From the NCBI RefSeq assembly GCF_963921235.1, contig NC_086129.1, positions 31,868,001-31,932,000 on the forward strand: 64,000 nucleotides of DNA, given 5' to 3'. Within the stretch, counting starts at the first letter, position 1. Every line of letters begins with the position of its first letter. The notes under the pieces were generated by a model. That model was not told where the DNA came from. It saw only the letters and a list, made by a program, of their open reading frames with translations, and did no database searches. This document shows, one piece after another, positions 26,190-37,905 of the stretch. This stretch comes from Mobula hypostoma (lineage: Eukaryota). A program made the translations under genes and the position numbers.

Positions 26190-26485
26190 GACAGGAAACC
26201 TTATGGAAGTTTGTAAGGTTATGAGAGATATAGAAAAGTAGACAGCGAGTATATTTTCCCAGGGTCTAAATGTACATATAATAGTAAAGAACATGCATTA
26301 AGGTGAGAGGTGGTAAGTTTTTTATCCACAGTAAGTGATGGCTGCCTAAAATGTCCTTCTAGGAGTGGTATCAGAGGTAAATCCTTAGAGGTGTTTACGA
26401 GGCACATGGAAATGTAATGAAGGTAGGATATAGACATCGTGTAGGCAGAAGGGATTTGTTTAGTCAGGTGTTGAACTACTGTTCT
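26190..26485 (+). mobile_element. CR1 3' fragment (old)
   Basis: Degenerate match to the CR1 3' ends in this window (gaagtttgtaaggttatgagagatatagaaaagtagac...). Confidence 0.6.
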
Positions 26486-27264
26486 ATGTTCTATAGAAGT
26501 AAAATTTAGGCCAATTTCAGATCATTCATGTCATTATTGTATGACAAAACAGGAAGGACAGGCTGAGTAGCGTACGCCTGTTCCCGTTCCCCTCTTCAGG
26601 ATTTTACCTAACAGGATTTGGCTGTAACCTCACCTGTACAAACCTGAGTAGCAAGTTCATGCAAAATATTGAGAATGGAATGACTCTGGAAAGTGAATAC
26701 ACTGCATTCAATAACCTGACTATAAACCGATAACGCTGGGAATTCCCAGCAAATCAGGCAGCACTGCTGGAGAAAAACAGATTTAACATTTCACATTCTC
26801 AGCGTTAGTTTATTTTTGTACAGGAACTGCCTCACAGCAGCTATATAATAAAGCAAGGGATGATTAAAGTACATTATAAATAAATGAAATGTGAGACAGG
26901 TATTAATTGCTGCTCTTAAACAAAATGTAAAAGTGACATTGATTTTTTTTGCATTGTTCTAGGTTGTGGATAGCTGTGACAAAACATAAAACAGTAAAGG
27001 TTAGAAATAGGCCCTTCAGCCCACTATGTCTATACCTACTATAATGTCACATTCAATGAATCCCATTTGCCTGCATATGATCCATAACCCCACATTTCCT
27101 CATGTTCATGTGCTTGTCTAAATGCTTCCTACCTATCACTTAAATCTGCCTCCTCCAACCCCTGGCAGAGAACTCCAGGCCCTTATCAGCAATATAAATT
27201 AATTGAATAATAATATTAAATATCATACTAACAATCTCAATAAAACCAGGACAAGGCCCACAAG

Positions 27265-27380
27265 GCCCAGTAACATAGTGGTTATTGCAGCAACTGTAAG
27301 ATCAGAGTTCAATTCTCGTCACTGTCTATAAGGAATTTGTATGTTCTATCTGTGACAGCTTGGTTTTCCTCTGTGTTGCA
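27265..27380 (+). mobile_element. tRNA-derived SINE 5' fragment
   Basis: A-box-like ggcccagtaacatagtgg and B-box-like gagttcaattc; similar to the SINE at 14040..14277. Confidence 0.6.
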
Positions 27381-27419
27381 ATGTTCTATAGAAGTAAAAT
27401 TTAGGCCAAGTTCAGATCA

Positions 27420-28030
27420 GTTATGCCTTTACTTCCTGAGAAAACTAAAGAAATTTGGCCTGTCCCCTAAAACTCTCACTAAATATAGATGCACCGTAGA
27501 AAGCATTCTTCTAGGGTGCATCACAACCTGGTATGGAAGTTGTCCTGTCCAAGACTGGAAGAAGCTGCAGAAGATCGTGAACACAGTGCAGCACATCACA
27601 CAAACCAATCTTCCGTCGTTGGACTCACTTTACACCGCACGCTGTCGGAGCAGTGCTGCCAGGATAATCAAGGACACGACCCACCCAGCCAACACACTTT
27701 TTGTCCCTCTTCCCTCCGGGAGAAGGCTCAGGAGCTTGAAGACTCGTACGGCCAGATTTGGGAACAGCTTCTTTCCAACTGTGATAAGACTGCTGAACGG
27801 ATCCTGACACGGATCTGGGCCGTACCCTCCAAATATCTGGACCTGCATCTCAGTTTTTTTGCACTACCTTACTTCCCATTTTTATATTTTCTATTTATGA
27901 TTTATAATTTAAATTTTTAATATTTACTATTGATTTGTAATCCAGGGAGCAGGAAGCGCAGAATCAAATATCACTATGATGATTGTACGTTCTAGTATCA
28001 ATTGTTTGGTGACAATAAAGTATAAAAGTA
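27420..28030 (+). mobile_element. Rex1/Babar LINE 3' end
   Basis: YFLRKLKKFG...YRCTVESIL.GCITTWYG...HPANTLFVPLPSGRR...NSFFPTVIRLLN, then AATAAA and an (AAGTAT)-like tail. Confidence 0.85.
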
Positions 28031-28994
28031 TAAGTATGTCCTACATTCCAGAAAAATTCAGTTAGGATTAGTTAGTTGTTGATATGTTATGTTGGAGCAG
28101 GAAGCGTGGCGATACTTGTGGGCAGCCTCCAGCACAATCCTCACTGATTTTATTTGATCCAAAGTAACACATTTCACTGTATACTTCGTACATGTGACAA
28201 ATATTCTTCAAGTTGAACTAGTCTTGTGCCATCCCCAATATGTCAGTGGGAGCTAGTTGCCCAACTCATTGTAAACCAAAATTTCCTTGGTTTAAAAACT
28301 GGTTAATTTGAAAAGTCTCTTTTGTTTCCTTTTTCAATATCCCTGTTTTATCTTCTCCTTTGAAAATTACATTTAATCTTAGATCACAAACAGTTCTGAG
28401 AAATAATTGAATGGCAGATATTTGCTTGAATTGACGCCAAGTGCGCAACTGCAATATTTGTCTGTTGATTTAGCCTTAATGTATTGATTTAAGAAAATGA
28501 GTGGGAAAATGCACATCCTGCTGATGTGTACGGAAGTGAATGAGCATGGAAGTTAAGACTTCTGCTCTAACACCAATTTTCTGATAACTTTTGTGTGATG
28601 CCACAATAATCACACCGCACGCATTTTGCACAATGTTCAGGGGCTGCATGCACCTAATAATAATGCTGTCACAGCACATTAGGAGCTATCTATTCTCTGC
28701 ACATAGTATTTGAATGTGATGTTTGAGAGAAGCATAAGTTGAGGGAATTTCTGAGATTTTATTGAAAGCAGAAGTTACAGCTCATTTTCTGCAAAGTAAT
28801 ACCTAGCGTATGATTTAAATAAAGCTATGTTGTTACCTAATTCCAGCCAGGGAGCTGGCTGGAACATTTGGACTGAAGGAACTGTGTGAACACTTGAGCA
28901 CCTTGCAGTAATCTCCAGGTCTGACTGACAAGGAGCTAAACTCAAGGCTATGTCTGTATTCTCCAGCACTAACCACCTGCCTGCGGCTTTTAAC

Positions 28995-29380
28995 AACATA
29001 AGAAATAGGAACAGAGGTAGGCTCCATCCACCATTCAATAAGATCATGGTTGATCTGACTATGGACTCATCTCCACCTATCTGCCTTTTCGCCGTAACGC
29101 TTAATTCCCCTACTATGCAAGAACCTATCCAACCTTGTCTTAAATATAATTACTGAGGTAGCCTCCACTGCTTCATTGGGCAGAGAATTTCACAGATTCA
29201 CCACCCTCTGGGAAAAGCAGTTCCTCCTCATCTCCGTCCTAAATCTACTCCCCTGAATCATGAGACTATGTCCCCGAATTCTATTCTCACTTACCAGTGG
29301 AAGCGACTTCCCTGCCTCTATTCCTTTCTTAATTTTATGTTTCTATAAGATCTCCCCCTGCCCCCATCCTTCTGAATTCA
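28995..29380 (-). mobile_element. CR1 LINE 3' end
   Basis: Inverse of a CR1 3' UTR (aacataagaaatagg...); similar to 49692..50100. Confidence 0.8.
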
Positions 29381-29871
29381 TATTCAGGAGTATACTGTTC
29401 TTCACAAGTGGTGCTGTTGCTGTGATGCACGGTAAGCCAGTGTAAACAAAAATGAACTTTGGAAGTAATAAATTAGCTCAGTTTTGAAGCTACTCATTTG
29501 GTAGCTATTTTAACAACAGATGGCCAGCTGCAGAAACTAGTTTACTTTACAGAGCTAGCAAATGTTGATAAGATAAAGATATGGATTTAAGTGATCAATT
29601 GAAGGAAACATTTTTTACTTGATTTTTTTCCCTCTTAGAGTAATTTTAATGTATGTTATTATGGATCTGAAGCTTTTTGGAGTGGAGAAACAGAAAGTCT
29701 CCTGATTGGACTTAACCGGAACTCATTCACAATATGTTGTTAAACAACGCTGATCTGCTAGTTAACGTGGGTGTGGTCACATACAGTACAATATGACTTA
29801 ATAGCCATTTGAATGCTGATAATTGTTGTGACGTTGACTGAATCGCATGGAAACCAGAACTAGAGATGTAC

Positions 29872-30100
29872 CAGACACAAAATGCTGGAGGAACTTAGCA
29901 GGTCAGGCAGCATCTACGGAAAAAAGTGCAGTCAATATTTTGGGCCGAGATCCTTCAGCAGGACTTGGCAGGAGACTGAAAGGTCTGGGCCCGAAACATT
30001 AACTGTACTTTTTTTCTCATAAATGCTGCCTGGCCTGCTGAGTTCCTCCAGCATTTTGTGTGTGTTGCTCAGATTTCGGGCATCTGCAGATTTTCTCTTG
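29872..30100. mobile_element. Fold-back (inverted) pair of Penelope pseudo-LTR ends
   Basis: cacaaaatgctggaggaac.tagcaggtcaggcagcat is inverted as atgctgcctggcctgctgagttcctccagcattttgtg. The pair is flanked by the 12-bp direct repeat CTAGAGATGTAC (29860..29871, 30101..30112). Confidence 0.8.
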
Positions 30101-30114
30101 CTAGAGATGTACTA

Positions 30115-30766
30115 TGTTTTGGACGTGTCCAAGTCTTGGAAAATATTGGAAGGAAGTATTCCAACCTTTTTCTGTACTCTTTAAAGTAAATTTTAAGCCT
30201 AATCCTTTGACTGCCCTATTTGGTATTGCTGGAAGGAGAAATATCATCTTGAAGACATCTGATTTGCACATTCTGGCTTTTATCTCTCTTACGGCCAGGA
30301 GGGCGCCTTTGTTTAAATGGAAGGATGCTGTTCCGCCTAATCATGCTTAGTGGTTACGGGATGTTATGGCATGCCTAAATTTAGAAAAGATTCGTTGTTC
30401 AATTTCTGAATCTAACCAAGATTTTCAAAATTTGTGGGGGCAGTTCTTAAACTATTTTCGTAATCTTTGACTTTTTGTTAAAGTACAGAAGTTGGTTAAT
30501 AGTATATTTTATTATCTGATAAGTTTCTTTTTTCTTTTTTTCCCCAAACAGCTTCGACTTGGGTAGTGGGTGTAGATCTTTTTTAAAATAAAATTGTTTA
30601 TATTCTAATATACGAATTAATCTAATCCATATGAATATCGAGTAAGAAATTCGTTAATATGATTCAATATACTGTATCTGGTATTATTATTTTTTGTCTT
30701 TTGGTTTTATAATATGTATTCTCTTGAACTCTTCTGTATAGAAATCAATAAAAATATTGAAAAAGA
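30115..30766 (+). mobile_element. L1-type LINE 3' end
   Basis: MFWTCPSLGKYW...ARRAPLFKWKD..P, then a T-rich UTR, AATAAA and an A-rich tail. Flanked by AGAGATGTACTA at 30103..30114 and 30767..30778. Confidence 0.82.
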
Positions 30767-30883
30767 AGAGATGTACTAGCACTGTTTCCTTTTATTTCAA
30801 AAGGAAAATTTATTCATAAAATATAAATATAGGAAATACAAAGCTATCAGTAAATTAATCAAATTAATATATTAATAATGCCA

Positions 30884-31050
30884 CACACATAAAATGCTGG
30901 TGGAACGCAGCAGGCCAAACAGCAACACTAGGAAGAAGTACAGTTAACGTTTCAGGCTGAGACCTGCCTGGCCTGCTGCGTTCCACCAGCATTTTGTGTG
31001 TGTTGCTTGAATTTCCAGCAACTGCAGACTTTCTCATGTTTGCTTTATTT
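30884..31050. mobile_element. Second fold-back Penelope pseudo-LTR mini-element
   Basis: acacacataaaatgctggtggaacgcagcaggcca is inverted as tggcctgctgcgttccaccagcattttgtgtgtgt. Flanking ATAATGCCA at 30875..30883 and 31051..31059. Confidence 0.8.
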
Positions 31051-31099
31051 ATAATGCCATTCAGTTAATAAATATTGCCAACAAAGCATCAACGGCATT

Positions 31100-31510
31100 T
31101 ACATGGCCTCTGTGAACGATATACTCTTTATTTATGGGGCTGTTACACAGGACCCAGTATCTCAGCACCCAGTGGTGGCAGGACCTCAAAGTTCAGATCT
31201 TCACCATAAAGCCTTTGTGTTGACTGCATCAAGCTTCAGGGTGTCCCTTTGCACATCTTCCTGCATCCAAGAATGTGTCAATATTCAGCACTCACTCACA
31301 GACACCTCATTGTACTGGAAGACCAACAAGTTTCAGGCAGACAAAAGGGTGTCTTTCACCATGCTGACGGTGCTCAGTAACTTGATGTTTGTCTTAGGAT
31401 GCCTCCCTGAAAACCGCTCATTGGTCACAGTCCTGTTACACAGCTGCTCGGGACAAACCACAACAAGGATCCCTGCATTCCAGAAGAGGGCAACACCAGT
31501 GAATAACACA
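31100..31510 (-). mobile_element. Tx1-clade LINE ORF2 C-terminus (decayed)
   Basis: Minus-strand translation VKDTLLSA*NLLVFQ...RDTLKLDAVNTKALW, typical of Tx1 3' ends. Confidence 0.7.
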
Positions 31511-31559
31511 GCATCCTTCTGTGTTCATGAAACTACTTCTTTTCTTTTTTTCTTTCAAG

Positions 31560-32360
31560 TGTGGTTCCGCTACTGTTGGAGCTGTTGATCTACATTTTGG
31601 TTGTGTGTTTTCAGGCTGTTTGAGCGATCTGGCGCTTTGCTGTCTCCGAGGGCATTTGGTGAGGTTTCAAGTGAAAGTAGCAGCCTGGAGTCCAAGAAGC
31701 CTGGGGATGGGGTACACGCCCACAATCAACTCCATTTCTCGCTGATTAAAGCGTTGAGGAAGATTGTAATCAACGAGGACGTGAGCGGAAGGCAGGTGGA
31801 TGTTCAGTGCCGTCTACCTGTGTGTGACCGCTCTGTTTCCCTCTTGCCCACTGCTCCCTGAGGAATGTGCCTGCGTACGAATGGTCTCTCTCTTCCTCAC
31901 GCTCGATGGTTCCGGAGTTCTAGGTCTTGGGCAAGGTTTAATCAATACGGCTTGTGGTTTGGACTCTGTAGTTCACGTTATGATCTGTTTCTGGCTTCTG
32001 GTTGCTCCTTTATTTTTGTTGTTATTTTATGCATTTTTGATCGGGGTGAACTGTCTCTGTGGCCTGCAGGCAATGAACAACACAGCACTAGATGGAACTG
32101 AACTGAGCGGAACTGAATATGCCTGGACTCTTTTGATGACTTTGTGGTTTGGTGGTTTATATTCTGTGTTTCTCACTCATTTTTTTTGCCATTGTGCAAT
32201 TGGTTCCTTTTTTGTGCGTTGAGGTTTTGATATTTTTCTTTGAGTGGGTTCCATGGTGTTTCTTTGTTTTGTGGCTGCTTGTGGAAAGAGAAATATCTGA
32301 GTTGTATACTGCATACATACTTTGATAATAAATGTACTTTGAATGCTTGAATCTTTAAAT
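31560..32360 (+). mobile_element. Probable Rex1-type LINE 3' UTR
   Basis: Ends ...gttgtatactgcatacatactttgataataaatgtactttgaatgcttga, like the Rex1 end at ~36780..36830. Confidence 0.55.
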
Positions 32361-32559
32361 CTCTTTCGAGATGTTCTTTGCAAATGTATAGTCCACAATA
32401 GATGACTCTCTCGTCCCTACTGCAGCCATCTCGAGGATCCATCAGGTCTTCTACTTCAGGATGTTTCATACTGCCCACTGCTTACTGGAACTGTGGCCAA
32501 AGTTGTTTCACCACAATAAACTCCAGAGAATTGGCAGTGGAGCAAAATCCAACTGAGTA

Positions 32560-33040
32560 GAACATTGCAGAACAACACTACTCAGCACGTAGAAACAGTG
32601 AATTCTCCTGATGGTGGCATTTAGGATGAGAGTATGCTTACTCTTTCCCCAGTCTTTGGAACTTGGGCATTGCAGTTCATTAGATGTGCTCCATCTTGGA
32701 GCTCTAGGTGAATTGGAAAGTGGCTCAAGTAACTCCACTCCATCGGAGCGAGATGAGAGCCAAATATGACAATACTGAGAACCTCACACCTGATGATATG
32801 CTTTTTCTCACCATCAAGAGGAAGCACCCTTCCTATCCGAACCAGTTTTGGTTTGGCTTTGCTTCCCTGCTCCAGCCAATTCTTGCCGAGAGCCCTGTCT
32901 TCTCTCAATCAGCATGGCATCACTTTTCCTGCAGATGACTCACACAACATGGTGCTAGTTAATCTGCAAACCACCTGTGGATCTAAGCAGAAGACAATGA
33001 TATCTTCTGTGGACAGAGAAGCTTTGATGTGCATGGCCTC
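32560..33040 (-). mobile_element. Tx1-clade LINE RT remnant
   Basis: Minus-strand KASLSTEDIIVFCLDP, a decayed Tx1-type (Y)MDD motif; probably the same copy as 31100..31510. Confidence 0.55.
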
Positions 33041-33254
33041 ACTGGTTGGCATCATACTACCCCCAACCTGCTCCACCCACTTTATGCTCCCTTCCTTTCC
33101 TTGTTCCCGGTTCCTGGCACCTATTACCTACCAGCCTTTGTCTTACTCCTCCCTCTCTGTTTCCCCACCTGGCTCCATCTGCTCATCATCCCTCCCTTAT
33201 CTGGCTCTACCCATCACCTATGAGCCTCTTGCCTCAATCCACCCACTTTCATAA

Positions 33255-33665
33255 ACTGACTCTGATGAAATTACGACACATCTGGATAGCAGTAACAGGA
33301 TCGGTCCGAGTCAGCATGGATTTACAAAGGGGAAATCATGCTTGACTAATCTTCTGGAATTTTTTGAGGATGTAACTATGAAAATGGACAAGGGAGAGCC
33401 AGTGGATGTAGTGTACCTGGACTTTCAGAAAGCCTGTGATAAAGTCCCACATAGGAGATTAGTGGGCAAAATTAGGGCACATGGTATTGGGGGCAGAGTA
33501 CTGACATGGATTGAAAATTGGCTGGCTGACAGAAAACAAAGAGTAGCGATTAACGGGTCCCTTTCGATGGCAGGCGGTGACCAGTGGGGTACCACAGGGT
33601 TCAGTGCTGGGACCGCAGCTGTTTACAATATATATTAATGATTTAGATGAGGGAATTAAAAGCAT
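33255..33665 (+). mobile_element. CR1 RT fragment
   Basis: SQHGFTKGKSCLTNLLEFFEDV...YLDFQKACDKVPH. Confidence 0.88.
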
Positions 33666-34490
33666 CAGAGGTTCTCGCACCTCTTGTGCGTGCCAGTAAG
33701 TCAGTCAGTCAATCTACCCATCATTAGCTGAAGCATTTTAACAGAGCAACAAAGACAAAGGTGGAATTCAACTCTCAATGCTTTGGATAAATTGCTCAAG
33801 TCTGACATTATTAACAAAGCATTTTGTCACTGTAAAGTAAAAGTGGGAGGCAGAGGAGTGACTACAGTGGACTTGGCTGTATTCAAGGACTCACCTGTGT
33901 ATCTGAATGAATACACTATGGTTGTAATGGACTTTATTAAAACAGTTGTGGATGAGTGTCTCCCAACAAAATCATTCAGTGTCTTCCCCAATCAGAAGCC
34001 CTGGATGAACCATGAAATCCACAATTTGCTAAGGGCCAGATCAGAGGCATTTAAGTCTGGTGACCAAGAAAGTTACAAGAGGACCAGGTATGACCTCCAG
34101 AAAACCACCTCACAGGCAAAGTGGCATCAATCTTAACAGTTGTGCCACATGCCCACATCCCCCGATGACTCTATGATTTCAGTCTCTGAAGCTGTGAGGG
34201 TGAACCCGCGAGAAACATCCAGCCCAGATGGTGCACCTGGCCAAGTACTGAGGACTGCTAATCAACTGGCTGGAGTGTTCACTGAGATCTTTAACCTCTC
34301 GCTTCAGCTGTCTGAGGTACCCAACTGCTTCAAGCAGGCTTCAATTATACCGGTGCCTGAGAATAATGTGGTAGCCTGCCTCAGTGATCATCACCCAGTA
34401 GCACTTACATCCACAGTGAAGAAGTGTTTTGAGAGGTTAGTGTGGAAATATATCAACCCTTGCCTAAGAAACAACTTGGAAATGCCTTAA

Positions 34491-35285
34491 GCAACACATG
34501 CAAAATGCTGGAAGAACTCAGTAGGCCAGGCAGCATCTATGGGGAAAAAAGCACAGTCGACATTTCAGGCTGAAACCCTTTGGCAGGACTGAAGAAAAAA
34601 AGATGAGGAGTAGGTTTAAAAGGTGGGGGAGGGGAGAGAGAAACACAAGGTGATAGGTGAAACTGGAAGTGGGAGGGATGAGGTAAAGAGCTGAGAAGTT
34701 GACTGGTGAAAGAGATACAGGGCTGGAGAAGGGAGAGTCTGATAGGAGAGGACAGAAGGCCGTGGGACAAAGGGAAGGGGAGGAGCACTAGAGGGAGGTG
34801 ATGGGCAGGCAAGGAGATAAGGTGAGAGAGGGAAAAGGGGATGGGGAATTGTGAAGGGGAGGGGCATTACAGGAAGTTCGAGAAATCAATGTTCATGCCA
34901 TCAGATTGGAGGCTACCCAGATGGAATATAAGGTGTTGTTCCTCCAACTTGAGTGTGGCATCATCGTGACAGTAGAGGAGGCCATAGATTCACATATCGG
35001 AACGGGAATGAGAAAAGGAATTAAAATGAGTGGCCACAGGGAGGTCCCGCTTCTTCTGGCGGACAGAGCGTAAGTGCTTGACGAAGCGGTCTCCCAATCT
35101 ACGTCGGGTCTCACCGATATATAGGAAGCCACAGCAGGAGAACCGGTCACAGTATATGACCACAACAGACTCACAGGTGAAGAGTCGCCTCACCTGGAAG
35201 GACTGGTCGGGGCCCTGAATGGTAGCGAGGGATGAGGTATAGGGGCAGGTGTGGTCCTTGCACTCCAATTTGCCTGCAGGAGCAA
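34491..35285 (-). mobile_element. Penelope-like element 3' part with GIY-YIG endonuclease
   Basis: VIYCDRFSCCGFLYIGETRRRLGDRFVKH...PVATHFN, followed by a pseudo-LTR. Confidence 0.88.
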
Positions 35286-36284
35286 CAGGTCCACAGCAGA
35301 TGCCATCTCATTGGCTCTTTACTCAACCCTGGAATATCTGGACAGCAAAGATGCATAAATTAGGATGCTCTTTATCGATTACAGCTCAGCATTCAATCCC
35401 ATCATCCCCTCAAAACTAATCAAAAAGCTTCAAGGCTTTGGCCTCAATACTTAGTTGGGCAATTGAATCCTGGATTGGCACCAACATCTCCTCCATGATC
35501 TCCAGCAGAACAGGTGCACCACAAGGTTGTATGCTTAGCCCTCTGCACTTTCACTGTGTGGTTAAGTGCAGCTCCAATGCCATATTCAAGTTTGCTGATG
35601 ACACTGCTGTCATTGGCTGAATCAAATGGTGATGAATCAGCATGTAGGAGGGAGACTGAAAATCTGGCTGAGTAGTGCTATAACATCAGCCTCTCACTCA
35701 ACGTCAGCAAGATTAAGGAGCTGATTATTGACTTCAGGAGAAGGAGACCAGAGGTCTACGAGCCAGTCCTCATCAGAGGATCAGACGTGGAGAGGGTCAG
35801 CAGCTTTAAATTCTTCGGTGTTATTATTTCGGAGGAGCTGTCCTGAGCCTAGCACATCGGTGCAATTACAGAGAACGCACAGCAGCACCTCTATTTCCTT
35901 AAGAATTTGCAGAGATTTGGCATGACATCTAAACCTTTGACCAACTTTGATAGATGTGTAGTGGAGAGTATATTGGCTGGCTGTATCGCAGCCTGGTATG
36001 GAAACACCAATATCCCTGAATGGAAAATCCTGCAAAAAGTAGTGGATACAGCCCAGTCCATCACGGGTAAAGCCCTCCCCGCCATTGAGCACATCCGCAC
36101 AAAACACTGTCGCTGGAAAGCATCATCTATCATCAGGGATCCCCACCACCCAGGCCATGCTCTCTTCTCGCTGCTGCCATCTGGACTCTCACCATCACGT
36201 TCAGGAACAATTATTCCCCCTGGACCATCAGGTTCTTGAACCAAAGGGGTAACTTTACTCAACTTCACTTGCCCCATCATTGAA

Positions 36285-36575
36285 ATAGAAACATAGAAAA
36301 CCTACAGCACAATACAGGCCCTTCGGCCCACAATGCTGTGCCAAACATGTACTTACTTTAGAAATTACCTCGGGTTACCCATAGCCCTCTATTTTTCTAA
36401 GCTCCATGTACCTATCTAAGAGTCTCTTAAAAGACCCTATCGTATTCGTATCCGCCTCCACCACCGTTGCCGGCAGCCCATTCCATACACTCACCACTCT
36501 CTGTGTGGGGGAGAAAACAACAACTTACCCCTGATGTTTCCTCGGTACCTACTTCCAAGCACTTTAAAACTGTGC
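36285..36575 (-). mobile_element. CR1 3' end
   Basis: Inverse tail agaaacatagaaaacctacagcacaatacaggcccttcggccc. Confidence 0.78.
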
Positions 36576-37189
36576 CCTCTGTTCTCACAACTAATGGACT
36601 CACTTTCAAGGACTCACGTTCTCAATATTTATTTATTATTATTATTTCTTTCTTTTTCTTTTTGCACAGTTTTTGTCTTTTGCACACTGGTTGAATGCCC
36701 AAGTTGGGCAGTCTTTCATTAATTCTGTTAAGGTTATTAATCTATAGTTTTATTGAGCATGCACACAAGGATCTCAGGGTTGTATATGGTGACATACATG
36801 TACTTCGATAATAAATTTACTTTGAACTTCAGGAGAATTCTGTTCTGGTTAATGCTGCATTTGACCAACAGGTGGTGCATAAACTACACTAGGATTTAGT
36901 AAATGAATGGAAATACTGATATCTGCAGAACTGTACCAACGGTGTCAGAGAAAGTAGAAACAGCTTGAAGTTAGGATAAAAGTCCAATAATCCAATGCAG
37001 CGGGGTATTTGATAGTGGGGTCTGGCAGATTCACAAAACTTTGTTCTTTGAATATTGATGAGATGAAATGTGGGATTGGCACACATCTGTAATTGTGACA
37101 AGTGGGACTTGGATCCCAAGAGGAGGAGTTTAATATGTGAAAATTAGTTCCAGTACTCCTTTTGATGGTGATGTATGACATAGGGTCAC

Positions 37190-37905
37190 AGAATTATAGA
37201 AGAGTACAGCACAGAAACAGGCCCTTCAGCCCATCTAGTCTGTGCCAAACCGTTTGAACTGCCTACTCCCATCGACGTGCACCGGGACCGTAGACCTCAA
37301 TACCCCTATCATTCATGTACCTATCCGAACTTCTCAAATGTTGAAATTGAACTTTCTTGTACCATTTGCACTGGCAGCTTGTTCCAAACTCTCACGGCCC
37401 TTTGAGTGAAAATGTTTCCCCTCATGTTCCTCTTATACCTTTCATCCTCAACCTATGACCTCTAGTTGTAGTCCCAATCAACCTCAGAGGTAAAAGCTTG
37501 CTTGTATTTACCCGATCTATACTCCTCATAATTCTGTATACCTCTATCAAATCTCCCCTCAACCTTCTGGATTCCAAGGAATAAAGTCCCAACCTATTCA
37601 ATGTCAGGTCCTCCATTTCCAGCAGTATCCTTGTAAATTTTCTCTGTACTCTTTCAACCTGATTTACATTTTTCTTGTAGGTAGGTGACCAAAATTGCAC
37701 CCAATACTCCAAATTAGGCCTCAACAATGTCTTATACAACTTCAATATAACATCACATCTCCCGTACACAATACTTTGATTTATGCAGACTGATGTGCCA
37801 AAAAACTTTCTTTATGACCCTATCTACCTGTGCTGCCACTTTCAATGAATCTTGGACCTGTATTCCCAGATCTCTTTGTTCTATAGCATTGCTCAATGAC
37901 CTAGC
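37190..37905 (-). mobile_element. CR1 3' region
   Basis: LYKTLLRPNLEYWVQFWSP...LESRRLRGDLIEVY. Confidence 0.85.

Larger units (their letters stand above)
33850..36830 (+). mobile_element. Rex1/Babar LINE, interrupted by a Penelope (34491..35285) and a CR1 (36285..36575)
   Basis: FPNQKPWM, QASIIPVP...HHPVALTS.VKKCFERLV, TGAPQGCMLSP, KFADDT, LQRFGMTSK...HHPGHALFSLLPSG; ends aataaatttactttgaactt. Confidence 0.82.

Noticed and set aside
26686-26775. Longer version of the 26685..26634 candidate exon
   Set aside because: Its acceptor derives from an antisense decayed Penelope terminus.
31103-31588. 161-aa plus-strand ORF
   Set aside because: It is the antisense frame of the Tx1 remnant.
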